A stretch of DNA of 64,000 bases from Entomortierella parvispora E1425. Its lineage: Eukaryota; Fungi; Mortierellomycota. Every line of letters begins with the position of its first letter. The stretch's first letter is position 1. The stretch covers positions 558,001 to 622,000 of the forward strand of contig BQFW01000013.1 in the NCBI GenBank assembly GCA_020891255.1. Reading direction: 5' to 3'. Position numbers and translations under genes: made by a program. Shown piece by piece: positions 11,444-23,010 of the stretch. The notes below the pieces were generated by a model. The model worked only from the letters and a program-made list of their open reading frames with translations. It was not told where the DNA came from and ran no database searches.

Positions 11444-12773
11444 ATGACTAAAATAACTGGTAATGCAAGAGTGCTGCCTGAATTGCATTGCACGCTTCGT
11501 TTTTTTTCAACCTCACTTTACTGACCGTCTGCTATGCTTGTCCTTGGTAGCTACAAAAAAGAGAAGGAGGGAGCCTGAAATCGACACTGAACAAGAAAAG
11601 GAACAGGAGCATGGGTTGGACCAGGAAAAAGATGGCTCAACCACGGGAAAGGAGACCGATCAGGATCAATTGGAGCTGGCAGCAGCAGCGTCCTTGGTCT
11701 CGTTGACGACTGCACCATCGCCTGCAACTGCAACTCGGTCCTCAAAACCCAAATCAACAACCAAAGCCAGGATTTCACAAAACACAGCCGCCCCTGTGGT
11801 GCCACCATCTACGTCCTCGTCATCAGCATCAGCTTCTCCAATACCAGAGACTGCACCTTCAGCATCTTCGTCCTTGTCATTACCATCTGCAGCAGCTGCA
11901 TCATCATCTTCAAATATAACGCCGCAGGAACATATCGAGTTTCTTGAAAGATTAGAAAGGGACTCTCATGAAAAGATCAAGAAACTAGAAGACAAAGTGG
12001 CCAAGCTGAAGGAAAATGACAAGGTCCTTCAATCCAAAGCCGAGGCATCCTACCGACGATTAAAGAAGATTCGAGAGAAATACAAAGAGGCTGAAATTCA
12101 ACTCAGGAATCAGGAGCGTCGGATCGGCACACTTCAGCTCGAGCTTCAAAGGGCACAACCTCAACCAATAGTAAAAGCACCCGTCGGCACAGGACTCCGG
12201 ATCGACAAGTACAAGCGAAAGAGAGGCAAGAAGTTGAACGAGGATGAAAGGAGACTGGTTTTGCATTGTCTAGAAATGTGTCGCTTGGAACAGGAGCTCG
12301 CGCCAAGCATTGCCACGGGCGATCCTTTTCTCCGCGCGGCTGTTTACATGGGAATGTCGACGCACACGGTCCGCGACACGGCCCTGGACAGGAACCTCGA
12401 AGACAGACGAAGTAGGTTCTTGTATTCACTCCTTGGTGGCTCGTGACAAATATTGACTGACATTGTATTGTCTTGTATTGTTTCCAATAACTTACTAGCT
12501 CGGGAAGACAGAGAAAAACGGGCCGCTCATACCCTGCAAGACCATGTTCTCGAAAGAAACGACACGAAGAAAGAAGGCGAGAATGAACCAGAGGGGATCG
12601 AAACAGAGGAAGGCGATGCACAAAGCATTGACACAACCCGCACACCAGAATCGCTCTGTACGCCCCCATATGTGCCACACGATCTCCACCATGTCATCCG
12701 TCAAAGTGAACCCACCTCTCACACAGCTGAAAGCGGGACCTCTGGCATGCTTGCTGCATATGAGGATTTTTAA
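11444..12773 (+). CDS. Coiled-coil protein with a small HTH-like domain, possibly transposase-derived (3 exons)
   Basis: ATG 11444 MTKIT, donor GTAATG, acceptor ..GGTAG, then ATKKRRREPE. A Ser-rich linker and heptad coiled coil (HIEFLERLERDSHEKIKKLEDKVAKL...) precede KRKRGKKLNEDERRLVLHCLEMC...AAVYMGMSTHTVRD. Second intron GTAGGT..TACTAG; stop at 12773. Confidence 0.7.
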
Positions 12774-13475
12774 ACAAGTTTAGTAGCATATACCCCTCTG
12801 ATAAAGTCGAAAGTGATAGACGAATGGTTGTCCTGAGTTATGTTTGCGTCTCTTTGAGCTTGGTAAAGCCCAAAGACAAAAAGGAAGCTTCCAGGAACCA
12901 TCCGTTGCCGCTGTGGCCAACAGTGCAGGGGGCACAGGAAAATGGCGTAATGAGAGGCGGGTTTGAGAGCGAATGGGTGTCGAGTTGGACACGTACAATC
13001 TCCAAGAAAGGAAAGGAAGGGGATTTGCTGCGCTTGTGGTGAACGGACAGGCAATCGACACGGACGAAGAAAGTCTCGGCAGAACCATTCTCCTAAAACG
13101 ACCCACAAACGCAGGCCTCTTTCATGCATAGCCTTGGGACGAGATGGATATGGGTGCACGCTACGTTGTGTTTCGAATCGGGTTTGGCCTGCTTGGCATC
13201 CGTTCTGCGGAAGAATCGTCCCCAATTGCTTTCGCCAACGCTGTGGACAAGTTGTTTGGCGAGAAGATCCCTCCACACGGACAGGATGGGCAAACAACGC
13301 ACCGACACACAGATGCCAACGCCCACATCCGCAGAAAAGCACCGAAGTTCATTCACCCTCTCTTTCTTGCTTCTCCTCTCTCTACTGTCTTCACCCCTCT
13401 CCCCTCCCACTCCGCTCTGCCCACTTTTTCTCTGCTCTCTAGAAGAGTCCCCGTCGTTGGGTCTTAGAGTCTAGC

Positions 13476-15340
13476 ATGTCTCCTTCCCAAGTTCATTCGC
13501 ATCCTCATTCCCATGGCCACTCCAACCTCAATGCATTCACCCTCCAGGACCAGTTGTACGCCACCAAAAGCACCGCCCTTTCCCGTAACAACTCTTACTC
13601 GGCAGCCCTCTCGTCGCCACAATCGACAAGTACAGATGAGGTGTTGGAGCGAGATACGTTCAAGCTGGTCCTTTTGTCAACCTCTGGCTTGTTCTTGATC
13701 TACCATCTGCCTCTACTTGTCTTCTCAATAGGTAGATACCAACAGTGAAAATGGCAATGCTCTCTCCGTGAATACGCGTTCAACTGCTCATCTTTCTGCC
13801 TCCACACCCAATTGATCCCTGTGGCATCTTTGTAGTCACCGTGATGTACCTCTTGACGTGGTTCGTGTACTCGACTTATGGCTACCGGAGGCTGACCCTC
13901 ACAACGTTACCTCTTGACCCTTTGAGGATCGTCAAGCTGAACAGGATCTTGTTCTTCACCAATATACCCACCAACATTTCACTTGTCCCAGTGGGTCTTG
14001 CCCTTGCCAAGTACCGCCTCTGGACCATGCGAGGATCCAAAGGGCTGATGTATGTTCCTGGGGAAAAAAATAGTAAACCCCCTCTTCGTTCTGGAGGGGG
14101 GGTTGAGGGGGGGTTGGAGGAAGAGGGGGGGATGTCAATTGAATCCTGCCCTTTCCTGTTTTTAGTCTGTCCGTGTCGACTCTTGTGTTTTGCTTTCAAA
14201 TCACACGCACTCAACGTCGGTGCTGCGCCTGATTTTTCTTATCTTTCTGAGATAGCATGAACATTCCTTACAACAAGAAGCGCCCCGGCAAAACTTTGGA
14301 CGTTTACGTGCCTGAGCATGCCAAGGTTGATCAGGGCAGTTCAGAAGACGATCGCCCCTTATTGCCCGTTGTCGTCTTTATCTATGGTGGATCATGGTGT
14401 TCTGGGTCAAAGACGATTTATACTCTGATCGGAGCCCAATTCCGTGCCCTCGGCTATGTCACCGTGATCCCAGACTATACAACTTTCCCGGGAGGATTGG
14501 TCAAAGACATGCAGGACGACATTCAGATGGCGCTTCAATGGACGGGTCGAAACTGTCGCGCGTATGGAGGCAACCCGGATCGGATCTTTTTGATGGGCCA
14601 TTCTGCGGGAGCACACCTCTCTGCTTTGACGATAGTGCACAACAGTGTGAAGAAGGCGCTCAAGGAGGCGTCTACAGCCCAATCGACTGTTCTTTCGGCG
14701 TTTATGGCAAAGCGTCATCATCCCTCTGTAGCTGATGACTATGACAACCAGGCGGACCACGAGATGGATGACGAAGACGACACGTCGCTGCCGCGGATTC
14801 ACGGAATGATCCTTTGCTCTGGCGTTTATGAAATTGGAGCTCATTTGGAACACGAAAAGATACGAGGCGTGGAAGAAGTTTCGGTCATGTCGCGCGTCAT
14901 GGGGGAGAGTCCTTTGACTTTTGGGATCAATTCTCCCACGACAATGGTGCAAGAGATTCTCAGGGATTCTAGTTTTTTGCAGCAAAAGGCGAGAGGTCAT
15001 TTGCCGACCAAGATTCTGATTGTGCACGGAGCAGAGGACAAGACGGTCCCCTCGATCTCCTCGGTTCGATTGCACAAAGCTTTGCAGTCCTTACATCTGG
15101 ATTCTGGTTCTATTCGGTTGAAAGTCTTTCCTGCCATGGCACATCAGGCGCCTGTTGTGGGTATGCTGCTAACACAAGGAATAACGAGAGGAGAAGATGT
15201 AAAACGAGTATTATTGCAATACTGACTTTTTTGAATGGACGCTTTTGATATTTGGTTCTTTAGGGATGATGCCCAGTCTGAAGGGACCAGGCCCGTTCTG
15301 TCAAACACTGTTGGACGAGTACGCAGCATTCATTTCATAA
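13476..15340 (+). CDS. Alpha/beta hydrolase, prenylcysteine methylesterase (ICME)-like, with N-terminal membrane segments (4 exons)
   Basis: LDVY, VVVFIYGGSW (oxyanion motif), GYVTVIPDY, nucleophile motif GHSAG and ILIVHGAEDKTVP...H triad-type motifs. The last exon after ..TTCTTTAG gives GMMPSLKGPGPFCQTLLDEYAAFIS with stop at 15340. Confidence 0.85.
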
Positions 15341-15466
15341 TACAAACCAGCATTAAAGATACCAGATCGCTTCATGGTGCGGCCATGGTCTCTTCTAGAC
15401 GCTTTTGCCAACAAAAGAACTGTCGCGGGGTGAAATAATGGCACATTTATAGATGTTGTGGCTTGT

Positions 15467-15474
15467 GTCACGTG
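15467..15474 (+). promoter_or_regulatory. GTCACGTG (Cbf1/bHLH E-box type) motif upstream of the bZIP gene
   Basis: Exact GTCACGTG about 180 nt upstream of ATG 15655; a functional role is inferred only. Confidence 0.35.
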
Positions 15475-15654
15475 CATTCATTTTTTTTTCCCCACGGACG
15501 GTTGGAATCAACCCCTCCAGCAGGTCTCACTCAAGAAGGAACAGGAGCAGGAAGGACCCAGTCCATTCGCTGGATCCTTCCTTTTTCCCTTCTCGTCACT
15601 CCCATCGCCTCCCTTTGAATCCACTCACTTCCATCAAGGAAAGAACCACAGACC

Positions 15655-16815
15655 ATGGCCGACTACTCCTACTTGGCCCTCATCGAGAGCTTGAACTCGG
15701 ACACACCTGCCGTCTCGACGGGATCCCCCGACGACTTTACTGATCTGGCCCTTTGGACCAATGCAGAGTTCACCTTTGATCTTGACTCGACTCCCTTTCT
15801 CGACAGCAGTGCCTTGCTCGATCCTCCATCTCAGGAGCAGAAGCAGCTGGACCAGCAGCAGCAGGAACAGCAGGAACAGGATCAGCAGCAACAGCAACAG
15901 CTGCAGCTGCAGCAACAACAATATGGCATGGCAGCACCCGGTCTGGATTACATGAATTTGACCCCAGAGCAGCAATCTCAATCTCGACCCATGTCGCTCT
16001 TGGAAAGGACCCGCCAGGGTAACCCCGTTGCGGGTCAAGCGCAGCTCAAGACAGTTTTGCAGGAGCAGATTGCGGCTGCCAATTCTTACCAGTCTCTCAT
16101 GGCTTCGCACTCAAACTCGACCCTGCAGCAGAGCGGTCCGCAGTTTGCCTCCCTTATTGCGTCCAGCACCGATTTGACCGCCGCCATTACGCCCACGGCC
16201 ACTATGCTTTCGACTCTAGCCGCACCCGTCTCTACCATCACCCCTGCTGCCGCCAAGGTCTTGCGTCAGGATATGCCCCAGTACAAGGTGCCTTTTGTGC
16301 CCGTCATCAAAGACAACCAGATACAGCCCGCAGTCCAAAGCCCCACACAGCTGGAGGAAGGCCAAGAAATTTCCAACATCAAGGAAACCACCGCCACTGC
16401 CGAGAATGACAAGGAGATCCAAGGATCCAATGATGGCTATGAATTGTCAGCAGCCGACTCGTTTTCAAAGGATGATCCTGCCTACCTCACCAAGGTTGCG
16501 GCCGAGGAAGACAAGAGACGGAGGAATACGGCGGCCTCGGCCAGATTCCGTCAAAAGAAGCGACTTCGGGAACAGGCATTGGAACAAACAGCTAGGGAAC
16601 AGACTGCTCGTGCAGAGGCTTTGGAGAACCATGTCCGCGAACTGGAGATGGAGGTGCGTTGGTTGCGAGGATTGATTGTCGAAAAGGACTCGAGGCTACA
16701 TGAGGCTACGATGAGCTTGCGGGACCACCAGACCCAGCTCAATGACTTGCTGGCCGCCAACGGCGGCAATGGTATCGAGGGAGCCAACAAGAGGATAAGA
16801 ATGGATGCGTTTTAA
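15655..16815 (+). CDS. bZIP transcription factor of the MetR/Cys-3/Zip1 (sulfur regulation) type
   Basis: Single 386-aa ORF. The basic region EEDKRRRNTAASARFRQKKRLREQALE and zipper ending LEMEVRWLRGLIVEK are typical of this subfamily; an acidic/aromatic N-terminal motif (DLALWTNAEFTFD) and a poly-Gln tract are also present. Confidence 0.88.
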   Translation: MADYSYLALIESLNSDTPAVSTGSPDDFTDLALWTNAEFTFDLDSTPFLDSSALLDPPSQEQKQLDQQQQEQQEQDQQQQQQLQLQQQQYGMAAPGLDYMNLTPEQQSQSRPMSLLERTRQGNPVAGQAQLKTVLQEQIAAANSYQSLMASHSNSTLQQSGPQFASLIASSTDLTAAITPTATMLSTLAAPVSTITPAAAKVLRQDMPQYKVPFVPVIKDNQIQPAVQSPTQLEEGQEISNIKETTATAENDKEIQGSNDGYELSAADSFSKDDPAYLTKVAAEEDKRRRNTAASARFRQKKRLREQALEQTAREQTARAEALENHVRELEMEVRWLRGLIVEKDSRLHEATMSLRDHQTQLNDLLAANGGNGIEGANKRIRMDAF

Positions 16816-17847
16816 CTGAACAAAAACGAACCAGGCCCTTTCCTCTTTCCTTGTCCATCTGCCATCCATATTACCTCAAGTTATTGTAGTTCACGACGAC
16901 TCTTTGTATCATTTTGTATCATACCCCCCACTGCCTCATAAAACAACTTTTTTTTTAGAACGTGTGTCCGTGTGGAACTTTGGATGGGGTGTGTGGTTTC
17001 GTGAGTGAAATGAGGTTGGGCACAGGGGTACGCGTGGTCTACGAGAAAGGAAAGAAATTGCGAAGTGAACGAATGAAAAACAAACACAATCGGGTGGACG
17101 GACTAAAACGTTTTTCCGTCAAGCAGAAAAAAAAAAAGAAAAAATCATCGAAAGCGGAAAGGAATCAACAACTCCCAGGCTCTTGCGGTAACTCTTTATT
17201 TTTTTTTTCTTCTAATGCGGCAATTGCAGCGTCAATTGAAAGAAGGAAAGAGAGCAAGAAAAAAATGCAAGGGATTCCTGGGATCGACAAGAAATCTCAT
17301 CTGGCCCGATGCAGTATCTTCCGAGAAAAGGAACGATTCTTTGGCGAGGGGGAGGGTCGAGGAGAACAGTGAGTGACTCGAAAAACTAGATTGGCCGACA
17401 ATTATTAATTCAACGAAAAAAGACAAGAAAAAAAAAACGGTGGCGCACGGGCCGGACAGACCGGTTGGATTCCAGAGTCGACCTGACAGGACCTGTTTCT
17501 GGGGCAGCAGAGCTGAAAGGGTCTTCGCCCTCTCTGATCGTCTGATGCCCCACACATCTCTGTTTTTTGTGCGTTCGTCTCTTTTCCTTCTTTACTTCTA
17601 TTCCATCGCTCCATCGCTACTCCACCCCCTCGCCCGTTACCTCATCTGTTTGCCCTCCTTGTTCCCTGGCTCCTGGTTTTCTTGCTGCTGCTGCTCCCAT
17701 ATTTTTAACACTCACTTTATCCTCGGCACGCGAGTCTTGGCTCTCTCTCCAACTCTCTTCCTCTCCACTCTCCTCTTTGAGAACTTTCAGCCCTGTGTTC
17801 CATAAACGAAAAGAACAAACAGCCACCACAACAACAATAATAACCCG

Positions 17848-19626
17848 ATGCAGCAATCACTACAAGACCCAAAGCAGGATCTGCCCTTGGTCGAGCCTAC
17901 CTTTGTCACCATTGAAACCAACGTTGACCCACTCGACGAGACCACGACCACGACCACGATCGTCCACCTCCCCTTCCATCTTTCTCCGCAGTGCCCACCC
18001 CCAAAAGTCATCTCTTGGATGAAGTCTTCCAACAAATCCTCAGCACATAAACACTCTTCTAGTCACCACCGCCATCATCAACACCACAATTCATCTCGGC
18101 TGGAGAAAATTTTTCCCTTTCTGCATCGAAGCCGAGGCACCTCCAGCACAAAGAAGAACGACCGGTCCTTCACCATCTTTTCGATCCAAGTCACTGTCCT
18201 CGGCCGAGTTCAAGTCCCAACAGAGCCACAACTGCATCCACAAGACGCACAAGATCAGAAACATCTCGGGGGGAGTGACGAAGATCTTTTGGCGCCCACG
18301 AGGACAGTTCCGGCTCAATTAAACCGGACAGAAACGACTTCCTATGTGATCCATCGGACTTTTGAGGACTTTCAACGTTTATCTGAATTGGTAATGCGAC
18401 TTCAACACCAGCTCGATCACGACCTTCATCATCACCAGCATCATCGCCTTCCGCAGCAGCAAAAACAACAACAGGAACAACAACAGGAACATGGTCAAGG
18501 GGCAGAGAGTCCCTCAGGATTGCAGCCCTTGAGTGCTCTCAGACTTCATCACCCACACCCCAGTTTAGTGTACACGTTCATGAAACAATTCATGTTCTCG
18601 AACGCCAAGGCCAACCAGCGAGCCTTTGATGCCTCCTCGACCACGCATGGGTTTGATGAAGAAGGGGCGTACGAACGGATCATTGAGCTGACCCAATTCT
18701 TGGAGGACGTTTGGCACCGACTCCTCTTCACATCGGGTGAGGAAACCGGCGGTCATGGTCTTCACTATCAGGCACAACATGATATCATGCTTTGGTTCAA
18801 ACCCTCAACGGACAGTACCCATGCCGATGGACGACAGATGCGGGATCGACAGCAGCAACAAGAGCTAGACCAAAAGAGGTTTCAACAACAACAAGAGACC
18901 TATGGACGCCCTTCTGTCCTTTCCAAAAAGAGGGTCACGATCGAGGATACCTCTGCAGCTTCGCCCACTTTGCATACCGGGTCTGATCTCTCTTCTTCCC
19001 CAGCCTCCCGTTCCTCTTCCTCGGGGTCTCTTCCCGGTTTGTCGTCTCCATCCTCCTCTTCTGTTTCATCCATGTCCATATCACCGATAGTGCAGGCAGA
19101 GGCGGAAGAGGTCGGTCACATGGGCTCCACGTCGTCCGCGGCGTCGACTCCTACGTTTGAGGAGTTGGAGGTGGTCGTCTCTTATGACGACAGCAAAAAG
19201 GACGATCTGCAAAATCGTCACACTGTCTATGAGGGCCATGGTCGAGGCTCACAAGAGTCAGTGGAGGAAAATGGCCTGGTGAAGATGAAACAGGATCATG
19301 AAGCCAATCATGGTAACAATGACAAGGTGGAGGAGATGCCCGTGTTCACGCCCCGTCAACCCAATCGATCCTCCACCTTGGGCCTTCCTCCTGCACATGC
19401 TCAAGAAAAGATCAAGAGGCGCATCTCCTTTAGCCACGTCTTCCGATCGCTGACTTCCTCTGGTTACCAGAGACACGGTGGTGGTGCTGGTCACCATCAT
19501 CTTCACGCCAAATCAGCCTCGGCTTCCACACCGACGAGCCCCAGAATGAGTCATCAGACCTTTGATGAGATCTTGATTTGGAACACGGTGACCTCCAAGA
19601 ATACCCCAAAAGCCGTGCATGTTTAA
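17848..19626 (+). CDS. Hypothetical protein with a degenerate PX-like segment
   Basis: Intronless 592-aa ORF. FSIQVTV...SYVIHRTFEDFQRL resembles the PX-domain V.RRYSDF motif, and RIIELTQFLEDV resembles the PX C-terminal helix; the remainder is His/Gln/Ser low complexity. Confidence 0.65.
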   Translation: MQQSLQDPKQDLPLVEPTFVTIETNVDPLDETTTTTTIVHLPFHLSPQCPPPKVISWMKSSNKSSAHKHSSSHHRHHQHHNSSRLEKIFPFLHRSRGTSSTKKNDRSFTIFSIQVTVLGRVQVPTEPQLHPQDAQDQKHLGGSDEDLLAPTRTVPAQLNRTETTSYVIHRTFEDFQRLSELVMRLQHQLDHDLHHHQHHRLPQQQKQQQEQQQEHGQGAESPSGLQPLSALRLHHPHPSLVYTFMKQFMFSNAKANQRAFDASSTTHGFDEEGAYERIIELTQFLEDVWHRLLFTSGEETGGHGLHYQAQHDIMLWFKPSTDSTHADGRQMRDRQQQQELDQKRFQQQQETYGRPSVLSKKRVTIEDTSAASPTLHTGSDLSSSPASRSSSSGSLPGLSSPSSSSVSSMSISPIVQAEAEEVGHMGSTSSAASTPTFEELEVVVSYDDSKKDDLQNRHTVYEGHGRGSQESVEENGLVKMKQDHEANHGNNDKVEEMPVFTPRQPNRSSTLGLPPAHAQEKIKRRISFSHVFRSLTSSGYQRHGGGAGHHHLHAKSASASTPTSPRMSHQTFDEILIWNTVTSKNTPKAVHV

Positions 19627-20167
19627 ACTACTTCAAGGCATGGAATAAAAGAATCATCTCCTGAAAATGGACAAACCCCTTGTTTTGGCAGATCAGTTCT
19701 GTGAATGCATTAATCATCCAAAATTGGTGGCAACCCTCTCTCTATCTCCAGTGCTCTCGTTCGCTGAATCGCGAGACTTCGAAATGCAGACGCCCGAAGT
19801 AGGATCAGTGAGTGCCTCTGTGCCATTGATGATAGAGCCTAGTATCTCCGTAAGCATATTTGGGTAACTACCATGGCGACTGTAGATCAGAGATCATAGA
19901 ATACACTGTAGTAACCCTTTGCCGAGGATAGATTTGAGATTGAAAAAATGAACCCTTCGCTTCATATCAAAAAAGGCAGTAAAAAAATGTAGTTTTTAGA
20001 GATATACAATGGTTGAGTTACTATGACAAGACGAAAGAGTGATGCTAGGGATGTGGGTGGGGGGTGAGGGTTTGGAGTTTGAAATGCTGTAGGATATCGT
20101 TTGGTGTGTAGACAGAGAGGGGGTGTGGGTGTCGATGACTGACTATTTCCTGATTCTTTTTAAAAAT

Positions 20168-21341
20168 TTACTCGTCATCCTCGTCCTCGTCCTCCTCATC
20201 CTCCTCATCCTCGTCAAAGGCGTTGGGGTAGTTGGCTTTGTTGCTGATGCGGGAAAGGCCATCGTCGGGGAGAGAGTTGAAAATGGGGAGAGCAATAGAG
20301 TCGTTGGTCTTCAAGTTGATGGCCTGAACGTTCTTCCATTTGCGGGGGATCTTTTCGATAATATGGGGCATGGCAGTCTCAATGTTGGCTGTGATCTCGG
20401 CTGCGCTCTGGCTTGTAAGTCCAACCTTGATGGCACTGTTATAATAGAGGGAGAGAAAAAAAAACATTAGTCTATCGACGCCTCCAACACAATCCATGTG
20501 GTCCCTGCTCAATCCCGTCAAGAGAATAACGTACGTGCAGGTTCCAGTGTTCATGTGCATATATGTTGATCCGATGGCTCTTGCAATCTCCTTCTTAAGA
20601 TCTCCCTTGGTCATGTCCACAGGGATGGGCTGCTTCTTCTTGAGGAAGAAGGTCTTGCCCAAAAGCTTGGGCAAAACAGTGATGACACGGGCATCGGCCA
20701 AGAACATGCCGTAGGAGGCGCAAAGCTGACGCTTGGCCTCATAGGGCTTATACTTGGCACGAAGCTTTGAGACTCCAATGACTTTGTTGACGGCCTTGAC
20801 CTGCTTCTCCTCCAACAAGCGCTTGAAATCCTTTTGGGGGTCCTTGACAAACAAGCAGACCTCGGCATCAGGAGCGACGATCGAGTGCTTGAGAGGACTG
20901 TGAAAGTAGATCAAAAGGGAGGGAAGAGAAGGTCCCATGGGAGATGAGGTCAGTTCTAAATGTCCTGCTTAAAGAAAAGTCCTTTTGACTCCTGTCTTCC
21001 TCTGACTGCATCCTGACAGATACGTTACATGCGGTGGGGCTTGGCTTTGCTGGCATCGGAGAACTTCTTTGTGGCAATGATCAACCAGACGGTCTGGTCT
21101 TCCTCCATGAGCTGGCTCTTGCTGTCGCCCTGCTTTGCGACATGTCCAAGAAGTGCCTTGACGGCTTTGTCGGCCTATTTGTCGAGAGACAAAGATAGAG
21201 AAGGGGGAGGGGGATGGTGGGTTAGGACGGGCGGAAAATTGAAAGCAAAGTACAAGAGGAGGTAAGAAGGTGTCGGTGCCGAGAATAGTCCCTCTGGCTA
21301 CAGATGCTGTAACAACAACGCACCTGCTTGATGTCGAGCAT
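20168..21341 (-). CDS. RSL1D1: Ribosomal L1 domain-containing protein (RSL1D1/Cic1/Utp30 family), multi-exon
   Basis: ATG 21341 MLDIKQ, intron, then ADKAVKALL. Motifs EVCLFVKDPQ, KVIGVSKLRAKYKPYEAKRQLC, FLADARVITVLPKLLGKTFF, AIKVG, WKNVQAINLKTNDSIALPIFNSLP; acidic tail. Confidence 0.93.
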
Positions 21342-21701
21342 TGTCTGATGTGGATGTGATGGAAAGAGAGATGATGGATGGATGGCAACAATAGGAGGAA
21401 AAAAAAAGTGGACTGCAGCCCCGTCCCTTGGAGCTTTGTTTACTTTTTTTTTCTTTTTTTTTTACGGGACTGCGCTTTGTATGTTGGATGTTCTCTTTTC
21501 AACTACAAAGGTTATACCTCTGCAATTTCATGTCTCCATAATATCCACTTAGCTCCAAATACGGTGACGTATGTGATTTTTTGTCCGAAACGGATCTCGG
21601 ACGGACAGAATGCAAATGACCGAAACGGCCCCAATCGTTTGCATCTCGCTTCATCACCCACCTCCCCACCTCCCTCTCCCCACTCTCCCCATCTCTTCAC
21701 A

Positions 21702-23010
21702 ATGTTGCGCAGTGTCTTGCGGGCATCAGCCATCCCAAGGGGTATGCTCTCACTCCCACCTTGTCCCTCATTCTCTGCAGCAGTGCCCATCCACACTGAG
21801 AAATAAGACGCGGATCGGGACATACAATGCTTTCGGATTTCCCGAAGAATTGCAGATTGCGACACAACATCACTTGGAATATCACCCAGTCTAACATCTC
21901 CCCACCTCTTCTCTATGGAAACAATTGTCTTTTTATCTTCTCTTCTATAAACAGTTCAATCGCGTGTTGCCCTCCCTGCCATCGCTCGCTCCATCCACAT
22001 CTCTGCTCGCGTTCAGGCCCAGAACGTGAACGATTACCGTGCTAACCGCGAGAAGTTCCCCGAAGATGACATCTCGACCCGTTACACCGAGGGACAGGGT
22101 CCCTCTGCCTTGGACAAGGCTTCCCAGTCCTTGCTCTTGACCGAGTTGGTCCGTGGTATGTGGGTTGTCCTCGAGTCTTTCTTCAGACCTCCATACACGC
22201 TGATGTATCCCTTCGAGAAGGGTGCATTGTCTCCCCGTTTCCGTGGTGAGCACGCCCTCAGACGTTACCCTTCCGGTAAGCTATCTATAACATGTCCAGA
22301 TGCCCACACTGTCTTTACCATCCCTCCTTCTACAGATCAGGAAATCGGATCAGTTGGAACGGCGCAGAGGCTACATGCAATCATCGAATATCGGGTTCAG
22401 GAACCTCGGAATCAACCTTTGGGGCTGTCGGGAGCATCAACTCACTCCGGAACTGACGTTGATAGCCGTGTTGTCGTTCTTGTCAGGACTGGGATGGAAG
22501 GGGCCACCTTTCCGTTGTAGTTAACGTTGAAGATGGTATCGACTCCATCCTTATGAGATTCAATCCAGATTAATCAGATCCTGCAGGAACACCATGGACT
22601 ACTAGACAGATTAGGCAGGATCTAGCTGTAATACTTGAGAGAAGGATTGACCCCCTAACCATGCTGGACGTTGTTTTTATCCTTTTTTTCGATTAGGCGA
22701 GGAGCGTTGCATTGCTTGCAAGCTGTGTGAAGCTATTTGCCCCGCCCAGGCCATTACCATCGAGGCTGAGCCTCGTGAGGATGGATCCCGTCGCACTACC
22801 CGTTACGATATCGATATGACCAAGTGCATCTACTGTGGATTCTGTCAGGAGGCTTGCCCTGTTGACGCCATTGTGGAGGGACCCAACTACGAGTACGCCA
22901 CTGAGACCCACGAAGAACTCTTGTACAACAAGGAGAAGCTCTTGGCAAACGGTGACAAGTGGGAGGTTGAGTTGGCCCGTAACTTGGAGGCTGATCACCT
23001 TTACCGTTAA
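21702..23010 (+). CDS. NDUFS8: NADH:ubiquinone oxidoreductase Fe-S subunit 8 (TYKY/NuoI), mitochondrial precursor (3 exons)
   Basis: Presequence [13 protein letters not shown], then [23 protein letters not shown], an intron at 22276-22696, then [16 protein letters not shown] and [23 protein letters not shown] (two 4Fe-4S motifs); ends ADHLYR stop. Confidence 0.98.
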
